A stretch of DNA of 64,000 nt, from the IMG/VR virus record IMGVR_UViG_3300022745_000017, positions 1-64,000 of that record; one strand, 5' to 3'. Shown here piece after piece: positions 57,525 to 64,000 of the stretch. Numbering within the stretch: the stretch's first letter is position 1; each line of letters starts with the position of its first letter. A model generated the notes under the pieces. That model ran no database searches, was not told where the DNA came from, and worked only from the letters and a program-made list of their open reading frames with translations. The position numbers and the translations under genes are program-made.

Positions 57525-59560
57525 TGCGATTTGATGCCAGAACAATTCGCGGGATCGCTCCCACTGCACTGTGGAAAAAGATTGAAGGCGACATGGAAGT
57601 CGTTTGCAGTGACGGGGCGGTCGCTTGCACTGGACGTGATACCATCTGGACACGTTTTACGTGGGATCTTCTACGTGGGTTTGAAGAAACACCCATCACG
57701 AAGATGATGCACTTGAGAGGCTTTAGCAAGCCTTACACCGAGATCGATAACAACACCCACACCAAACTGTTGGGACATCTGTTGTTCGGGATCTACGATA
57801 GTTATGCGAGTCGTGTCAATGACCGCATGAAGATGGTAGATCATCTCAAGAGGCAGGCTTACGTCATCACCAACGTCATGTACAACTGGTTTTCTGTCCA
57901 GATACCTGAGTACGTGAGCTCGATTGACTTACTCGACTTTTTAGAGTGCTGTCAGTTTGAGCCAATTCGGCAGTCGATGATCAGTATCCAGCCTACGCCC
58001 GCTAGTATCGCTAACTGCCATGCCACGATTCGTAACGCACTCAACACAGCACCGGAGCTGCGTTACAATTCACTGGCTCGTGCAGTGCGTGGCAAGACAG
58101 TTCGTGTCGACCAGGTACTCCAAGCAATTGGTCCCGTTGGCTATCGCACAGAGACAGATTCTTCTGTGTTTCCGGCCCCGATCTTAACGGGATTCTTTCA
58201 CGGAGTACGCTTAATCGCTTGGTCAGCTATGGAGTCAAGGTCTTCAGCGAAGTCCTTATCGTTTACAAAGACTCCACTACAGCAAGCTGAGTATTTCTCC
58301 AGGCGTCAGCAGCTCGTTTGTTTGAATGTTTGGCGCATCCACCGTGGTGACTGTGGCTCGACTCAGTATTTGACCTGGCATGTCAAAGGCCCAGAGATCA
58401 ATGCTGAAGGCAAAGCCGTTGGCAATAGTGATCTGGATGCACTTGACGGGAAGTACTTCGTCAATGCTTCGGGTGGCTTGTCAGTCATTCGTCCCTGGAA
58501 CAAAGAGCTGATCAATACGACGATTAAAATCCGTTGCATTGTCGCTGGTTGTGCTCACCCCGATCCAAACGGTGTGTGTGAAGTCTGCTACGGTGAGACT
58601 TCACTAGGGATTGATGATGGTACAAACGGTGGGCACCAGTCATGTGTTACCATGACAGCGCCTGTCTCACAGATCGTGATCTCTAACAAGCACTTTGACG
58701 GCAGTGCAGTGGTGAGCTCGATTGTGCTATCCTTGTTTGAGAAGAAGTACTTGTCTGCCCCGTCAGGTGGTAGTCTGTACTACTTACAGCAAGACCTCAA
58801 GAACCGCAAAGTCAAGATTCGCTTGTGCGCTGATGAAGCGCCTGGGCTACCTGACGTGTTCACCATCGACGATGTGAACCTGTTGAGCGCCAGCCGGGTG
58901 AGTGAGATCTCCAGCTTGCGCTTGGTGGTGTGGGACAAATCTGGTAACCCGGAAGAAATCCCTCTCAACACAACGGTTGATAAGAATGCGTCTAACATGA
59001 CGCACCAACTACTTGCTCACATCAAGAAGGTTGGCTTCGAAGTGGCAGAAGGTGGCTACTACCAAGTCGATATGGCTGGGTGGGATTATAGCCAACCGAT
59101 TCTGTCGCTGCCGATGCGTCAAGTCAACATGGGTGACCACCAAGCCGAAATCGCTGGCTTGCTGGAGTCTACAGTAAGTGACTTGGAAAAGCGCTCCAAT
59201 GTGGTTTCTCCCGAAGCCCTGTTGGCTGAGCTGTTCAACCTCATCAACCGTGGTCGACTACTGGTGAACATGGCTGTGCTTGACCTCATCGTCTACAGCT
59301 CTATGGTGATCAGCAACTCCAAAGCTGACTACCGTTTGCCCAAGCCTTGGACGACAAAGGAGCTAGGCATTTTAAGGCACAACATGGAAGGTCGCTCAGC
59401 AGGAGCAGCATGTGCTTTTGAGCGCCATCAGACGTACTTGACTGACCCTAAACAGTTTGTCAATACAGATCTGCGCCCAGATCACCCGATGGACGCACTC
59501 TTGCTGCCTGAACAGGTGCTCGGTGGTAAGTACGGCCGGTTTTACGCTGACGTGGACTAA
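57518..59560 (+). CDS. non-virion RNA polymerase beta' C-terminal subunit (phiKZ gp74-like)
   Basis: Bridge-helix-like EYFSRRQQLV, GDCGS, Zn site GVCEVCYG, ISNKH. Confidence 0.88.
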   Translation: MLMRFDARTIRGIAPTALWKKIEGDMEVVCSDGAVACTGRDTIWTRFTWDLLRGFEETPITKMMHLRGFSKPYTEIDNNTHTKLLGHLLFGIYDSYASRVNDRMKMVDHLKRQAYVITNVMYNWFSVQIPEYVSSIDLLDFLECCQFEPIRQSMISIQPTPASIANCHATIRNALNTAPELRYNSLARAVRGKTVRVDQVLQAIGPVGYRTETDSSVFPAPILTGFFHGVRLIAWSAMESRSSAKSLSFTKTPLQQAEYFSRRQQLVCLNVWRIHRGDCGSTQYLTWHVKGPEINAEGKAVGNSDLDALDGKYFVNASGGLSVIRPWNKELINTTIKIRCIVAGCAHPDPNGVCEVCYGETSLGIDDGTNGGHQSCVTMTAPVSQIVISNKHFDGSAVVSSIVLSLFEKKYLSAPSGGSLYYLQQDLKNRKVKIRLCADEAPGLPDVFTIDDVNLLSASRVSEISSLRLVVWDKSGNPEEIPLNTTVDKNASNMTHQLLAHIKKVGFEVAEGGYYQVDMAGWDYSQPILSLPMRQVNMGDHQAEIAGLLESTVSDLEKRSNVVSPEALLAELFNLINRGRLLVNMAVLDLIVYSSMVISNSKADYRLPKPWTTKELGILRHNMEGRSAGAACAFERHQTYLTDPKQFVNTDLRPDHPMDALLLPEQVLGGKYGRFYADVD

Positions 59561-59585
59561 AACGCGACTGATTAGTCGGTGACAT

Positions 59586-59617
59586 AGGTAGCTTGTGTAT
59601 AACAACACAAGCTACCT
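59586..59617 (+). terminator. hairpin, 13-bp stem
   Basis: aggtagcttgtgt-ataaca-acacaagctacct, flanked by GACATA and TATGTC. Confidence 0.7.
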
Positions 59618-59685
59618 TTATCTTTTGACTATGTCCGCCGGCATTTATTTCAAAATGAGTGCCTCTAACTACAAGCAGGTACATC

Positions 59686-61221
59686 ATGATTGCAATGGAA
59701 ATCCAGGAGAAGTCTCACAACTTCACTGTTAAGATAAAATCACCTGAAGAAAGAAAGATTTGTTACGCGTTTAGCCGAGACTTTATTGAGTACGACTTGC
59801 AGCGCAAGGGCGGTAACTACGTTCGGCAAATGAAGCGCGTGTATGCCACGTCTAACAGTGGACATACTGAGTTTAGATTCATGCAGTCAACTCTGCCTGA
59901 CTTCCTGAAGTTTTTGAAGAATCACGGCTACACGGAAGGTAAAGACTACAAGTTTACACCTTGTGAGCTTTATGAGCCTGCTGCTGCTAAATTTACGGTG
60001 TTTGATAAATGGACAGACTTACCTGATCAAAAGCCGATCTTAGACAAGCTCCATGTGCCGCAACCTGTCACAAAACCGAGCCGTGTTTTGATCACGGTTC
60101 AAACAGGCAAGGGCAAGACTTACACAGCTCTGAGGGAGTTGAGTAAAAGAAACCACAGATGGATCAACATCTGTAAGCCCGCTTACATGGAGAAGTGGTG
60201 GGAGGATATCAAGAAGACTTACGACATGGACATGAACCGTGTGCTCATGGTCGCGGGCAGTAAGTCACTCAAAGCGCTACTCCAACTCGATGCAGAAGGC
60301 CAGGCCGATTGGGATATCGCTATCGTTAGCACCAAGACCATGCTCAATTGGTTAAAAGAGTATGAAGAACTTGGTAAAGACACGCTCGATCTTGGCTATG
60401 CATGTTTGCCAGAGAACTTCTTCGAACACCTCAAGGCAGGTACACGCCTTAACGACGAAGTCCACTTAGAGCTGCACTTTCAGATCAAGCTCGATTGCTA
60501 CACGCATGTGCCTAACAGCATTTCTTTGTCTGCGACTTACTCTAATGACAACCCGTTCTTAGAGCGCATGATGAAGCTGGCGTACCCCATCAGCACCCGG
60601 CTTAAAGACATCCAGATCGACAAGTACGCTGACGCCTACCCTGTGTTTTATAAGGCGTCAGATAGTCGGCATTTGCGCACGACGGAGCTCAACAGCAACA
60701 ACTACAGCCACATCGCTTTTGAGAAAAGCATCATGCGCCACAAACAGTGGCGAGAGAACTATCTCAGGATGATTGGTGATATTGTTCAAAATACTTACAT
60801 TGGCTTAACCAGGCCAAAGAAAGTAGCTGCCGTTTTTGCAGCCAGTATCGCCATGTGTACATTGCTTAAAGAGTATCTCTCTCAGCGCTTTCCAGACAAA
60901 GTGGTTAAGCGTTACGTGGAAGATGACTCTGTCGACAATGTCTACTCATGTGACATTTTAGTGACCACTGTGCTATCGGCTGGTACGGCGCTAGACATCC
61001 CGGACTTGGTAGCGGTTTACCTCACGATCGCTATCAACTCGACCCAGGCAAACATCCAGACGTTTGGCCGGCTGCGCAAACTGGCTGACCACAAGACAGA
61101 GTTTTACTACTTCGTCTGTATGGATGTCGCTAAGCACTGCGAGTACCACGACAACAAGCTCAAGATGTTGAAAGTCAGAGCCAAGAGCGTGCGAGAATAT
61201 CACTCCGGCGTTACCATTTAA
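59686..61221 (+). CDS. superfamily 2 (DExH) helicase (phiKZ gp75-like)
   Basis: Walker A QTGKGKT, DEVH, SLSAT, GTALDIP, QTFGRLR; likely start 59686. Confidence 0.9.
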   Translation: MIAMEIQEKSHNFTVKIKSPEERKICYAFSRDFIEYDLQRKGGNYVRQMKRVYATSNSGHTEFRFMQSTLPDFLKFLKNHGYTEGKDYKFTPCELYEPAAAKFTVFDKWTDLPDQKPILDKLHVPQPVTKPSRVLITVQTGKGKTYTALRELSKRNHRWINICKPAYMEKWWEDIKKTYDMDMNRVLMVAGSKSLKALLQLDAEGQADWDIAIVSTKTMLNWLKEYEELGKDTLDLGYACLPENFFEHLKAGTRLNDEVHLELHFQIKLDCYTHVPNSISLSATYSNDNPFLERMMKLAYPISTRLKDIQIDKYADAYPVFYKASDSRHLRTTELNSNNYSHIAFEKSIMRHKQWRENYLRMIGDIVQNTYIGLTRPKKVAAVFAASIAMCTLLKEYLSQRFPDKVVKRYVEDDSVDNVYSCDILVTTVLSAGTALDIPDLVAVYLTIAINSTQANIQTFGRLRKLADHKTEFYYFVCMDVAKHCEYHDNKLKMLKVRAKSVREYHSGVTI

Positions 61222-61231
61222 GATGGACATA

Positions 61232-61265
61232 CCCAGGTACTCGTGCTTGCGCACGAGTACCTGGG
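61232..61265. terminator. hairpin, 15-bp stem, between convergent genes
   Basis: cccaggtactcgtgc-ttgc-gcacgagtacctggg; GCAA loop on the minus strand. Confidence 0.75.
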
Positions 61266-61284
61266 CACATATTTTCTTTTTCTC

Positions 61285-61794
61285 TTAGGACTCTAAGTCC
61301 TTCATTGAGTCTTTCAAGTTGTCTAAGACCTCTCTGCCTTTTGCCTCTTTTGAAGACATGATCTTGTCGCACACCGCGATCATCTTTTCGACGACTTCAG
61401 GGGGGCAGTTGATGAAGTCCAAAAAGCTGATGTTGTAGAGTTCACCGATCTTTTTGTTTGGGAAAACATCCAGTAGTTTGAACAGCTGGCTGTGTTCGGT
61501 GTACTCTTCAGCAGGGTGTATCTCGAACGAAGCAAAGGGTCGTTTCAAGCTTGGGTCGACGGCGGGATTATCATCCAGGGCTTCTTGCTGAATGTGATCG
61601 AAGATGCCGTAACGTGTGTTGTAAGCATCTCCGAGTAACTTCCTAGCTTCTGCCCAGGTTTTAATCCGATCGCCTTGTAGCAAGATCTCTATAACGCTCT
61701 CTCCGGTAGCTTCTACCCCGAAGTCGACGTTACAGATGTGATTGACCCTTACCGGGTCTCCTTGATGATTTTTGCTTTCTGCCCCAGGAGGGTA
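61285..61794 (-). CDS. T-like C-terminal extension reached by -1 frameshift from 61749-63215 (phiKZ gp76-like)
   Basis: Frame open from 61827 to 61285, with no ATG/GTG/TTG until the TTG at 61683. It is the -1 frame of the upstream gene at T TTT TTT. C-terminal YNISFLDFINCP. Confidence 0.65.
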   Translation of the reverse strand, partial: YPPGAESKNHQGDPVRVNHICNVDFGVEATGESVIEILLQGDRIKTWAEARKLLGDAYNTRYGIFDHIQQEALDDNPAVDPSLKRPFASFEIHPAEEYTEHSQLFKLLDVFPNKKIGELYNISFLDFINCPPEVVEKMIAVCDKIMSSKEAKGREVLDNLKDSMKDLES

Positions 61795-63215
61795 AAAAAA
61801 GCTTTCGTCGCATCCACCGGAATGACATCAGCCCAGCGCGGAGATGCGTCGGTGATCTTTTCCACACCGCCGCAAGAAGGGCACTTGTAGGCATTCACAC
61901 CGATGATGGCGATCGTGGAGTCGTCGATGAACTTGCCGACTTCCGTGGTGAAAGCCTTGCGCAACTCATCATCACAGCTCAAGCGTCCCAGGGTTTCTTC
62001 GATCGCTTCTTGTTGCTCTTTCTCGCACGTCGCACGCACTTCACCATCCACCAAGATCGCTTCCACGAAGTGCGCGTATTGACGCATTGCCGTGGCTTTG
62101 GCTTGATCGAAGAGGTAATCGTTGCGGGTTTGTGTGTCCGCGATCAGCGCTTCCGTGTAAGCCTTTTCCAGCTCACTGACCCAGCGGTAGCCGCTGTCGG
62201 CGTAGTCCTGGATGGTGCAGATGCGCAGTTGCAGACCAATGCCTGTGTCCTGACCCAAGCTGATGATGCGGGGTTGGCCACGCAGGAACTCCTTTTGGTA
62301 AGACTTCAAGTCTTCTACCGTGACGGAGTTGTAAGTGCGGCGAGCCAGTTGAGCACACTGACGCTTGGTGAGCGCTGTCAGATCGATCTGGTGCATGCGC
62401 TGCGGGAACATCTTACCTGTCGAGACGTGTGTGCATTTGTCGGGATCGACTGTACAGGCTCGACTGTATTTCACGCCATTGGGCCAAGTCGCTGCGGCAA
62501 TGGCAGTCACCAAGGCATCATGATCAAGCAGCTTGATGTGGCTCATCAGTGTTTCCACCGGGACATTCAAGGTAGACTCCTTGATATGTCGCATGATGAA
62601 TCGCATCACTTCTGCACTGAAGTAAGAGCGCACATTGGAGAAGATCGCCCCAAAGGTTTGGCGACCCAGCGTAGCGCGCTCTTCGACGATCAGGCGATGC
62701 AGCTCCAGCAGCTCACCTTCAGTGGCTGGCAAGATCGAGACACAAAAGCCCGAATGAGGCAGGGGTGTCCACTTGGGCGTGCCCAGGCCCAGGCGCTTGG
62801 TGACGATGTCAGCCAGTTGTACTGAGCCAGTCCCACCTGAGGTGTTGACACTGCGCATCTGGATGAGGTCGCCTTCGTACTCGATCTCTTGCCGCCAGTC
62901 GCTGTTTTTGTCTTCAGCCGATTTGACGAATCGGTCGGCGTGGGTGGTGGTGTAGGAGCCGTTGTTAACAGCACTGATCCATTCCCGCCCATCCTGCGTC
63001 CGCCCGAGCTTTTCGAGCAAAGCGGTGTTGCCCAGGAGCACACGGTAGCGCGTTTCAGAGGTCGTGGGAATAAAAAGCGTTTCAAAGCCCTTGACACCCT
63101 TGACATCATCGGAAAACAGTGGCGTCTTCGTGCTCCAGGTGATGTTCTTTCCTTCGGCGATGGGCGGTGTATCGTCGCCAGTGGGCACAGTGTTGGTATC
63201 GGTTTGATTGTTCAT
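61749..63215 (-). CDS. putative tail/baseplate-hub assembly chaperone (phiKZ gp77-like; G-like)
   Basis: 488 aa, AGGAG RBS; PLPHSGF, CTVDPDKC, YKCPSCG; ends KAFFTLL over a slippery T7 run. Confidence 0.65.
   Translation of the reverse strand: MNNQTDTNTVPTGDDTPPIAEGKNITWSTKTPLFSDDVKGVKGFETLFIPTTSETRYRVLLGNTALLEKLGRTQDGREWISAVNNGSYTTTHADRFVKSAEDKNSDWRQEIEYEGDLIQMRSVNTSGGTGSVQLADIVTKRLGLGTPKWTPLPHSGFCVSILPATEGELLELHRLIVEERATLGRQTFGAIFSNVRSYFSAEVMRFIMRHIKESTLNVPVETLMSHIKLLDHDALVTAIAAATWPNGVKYSRACTVDPDKCTHVSTGKMFPQRMHQIDLTALTKRQCAQLARRTYNSVTVEDLKSYQKEFLRGQPRIISLGQDTGIGLQLRICTIQDYADSGYRWVSELEKAYTEALIADTQTRNDYLFDQAKATAMRQYAHFVEAILVDGEVRATCEKEQQEAIEETLGRLSCDDELRKAFTTEVGKFIDDSTIAIIGVNAYKCPSCGGVEKITDASPRWADVIPVDATKAFFTLLGQKAKIIKETR
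61794..61800 (-). other. putative -1 ribosomal frameshift slippery heptamer U UUU UUU
   Basis: GCT TTT TTT ACC in frame 0 fits X XXY YYZ; the -1 frame is open for 169 codons. Confidence 0.7.
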
Positions 63216-63231
63216 GATGACGTTCTCCTGA

Positions 63232-63738
63232 TCAGAGTTGGCTCAAAAGAGTGGGTTGTTGTTTGGCGCGTTTGGTGGCTGCCACAGTTTTCTCAACGAT
63301 CAGCAGTTGCCGCGTCAGATCCACAGTCAACGGATGCATGACTGAGTTATAAAACATTTGCAGGTCGGCGTATTCTTGGCCTAATGCAAGGGCCTCCATG
63401 TTCTCGTCGGCATTGACAGCTGCTCCCTTGCGGTCAGTGTGTTTGTCACGCAAGGCGTACAGCCTGTCTCGGTATGTTTCATACTGAGCGTCCAGCGCTT
63501 CGACGACTTCACGCAGAGCTTGTGCGTTGGTGATGAGGGGAAGCACTTCCTGATCTTTGATGAAATCACACGCAAGCATCAGGGATTCGGTCACACGCGA
63601 GAAGCACTCCATCTGGATGTCTTTGAGGCCATTGACCTCATCCCAGATTTTCACACGGGTGTAGACTTGTTCTTTGGGAGGGCGTTCTTCCTTGGATTGG
63701 AGGACGCGCTGATGGACTTTGGACATACGAGAAGACAT
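63232..63738 (-). CDS. helical hypothetical protein (168 aa)
   Basis: TGGAG RBS before ATG 63738; first gene of the chaperone operon. Confidence 0.65.
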   Translation of the reverse strand: MSSRMSKVHQRVLQSKEERPPKEQVYTRVKIWDEVNGLKDIQMECFSRVTESLMLACDFIKDQEVLPLITNAQALREVVEALDAQYETYRDRLYALRDKHTDRKGAAVNADENMEALALGQEYADLQMFYNSVMHPLTVDLTRQLLIVEKTVAATKRAKQQPTLLSQL

Positions 63739-63857
63739 GGTGTGTAAACTCCAAGTTAAAATAAAGAGGTAAAACGCGCAATCCGCGTACACCTAGACCA
63801 AAAGATTGGTGCTTGGTTAATTTTTTATAGTACATCCACTGCGAAGGAACTCTCCAA

Positions 63858-64000
63858 ATGTTAGACCGCGAAGAGCTTTTCACTTACCTCTCACACGCCA
63901 CAGATGACACGGACATGGTGCTGACGCGTGCGTCTTTCGATGTGTTTGACAAGTATAACTTACCCGACTACATGGACATGTACGACATGATGGTTGGGGA
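63858..64000 (+). CDS. hypothetical protein, 5' fragment running off the window
   Basis: AAGGA RBS; reads MLDREELFTYLSHATDDTDMVL... and stays open to the edge. Confidence 0.55.
   Translation, partial: MLDREELFTYLSHATDDTDMVLTRASFDVFDKYNLPDYMDMYDMMVG

Noticed and set aside
62010-62825. 271-aa + strand ORF inside the chaperone gene
   Set aside because: Antisense shadow with a TTG start and no motifs.
1-64000. Stop-codon reassignment, CRISPR array, tRNA/rRNA genes, transposases or reverse transcriptase
   Set aside because: Core genes are intact in the standard code and end in TAA, TGA and TAG. No regularly spaced repeats, cloverleafs or such enzyme motifs were seen by eye; a tRNAscan/CRISPR scan was not run.

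Overview
This window is a 64 kb segment of a phiKZ-like, nucleus-forming jumbo phage (Chimalliviridae-type), read in the standard genetic code. From left to right it carries: a partial gp182-like virion gene; a 2835-aa gp181-like tail/tape-measure protein whose lytic domain is an M15 zinc peptidase; virion RNA polymerase beta' and beta subunits with their accessory genes and the prohead protease; a small early-gene island; tail tube, tail sheath and terminase; PhuZ tubulin; seven small coupled ORFs that look like diverged paralogs; the polymerase half of the split family-B DNA polymerase; chimallin; and the non-virion RNAP block (beta'N, Mre11/SbcD-like nuclease, ChmC-like, sigma-like, PicA/Imp1-like, Nlp-like, beta, beta'C, SF2 helicase). 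Long-stem hairpins separate most transcription units, and a CAC[A/T]TAT[C/T]AC-like promoter motif recurs in intergenic gaps. The strongest sequence-level discovery is an apparent programmed -1 frameshift (T TTT TTT at 61800-61794, minus strand) joining a CxxC protein to a downstream ORF with no good start, a G/GT-like tail-chaperone arrangement far from the tail genes. Other candidates are a duplicated terminator-promoter-leader cassette in front of two unrelated genes, a bacterial SSB-type DDDIPF tip on the ChmC-like protein, the paralog array, and a G-depleted repeat tract after terL. phiKZ gene-number assignments rest on recognised motifs and remembered synteny; no database search was run.
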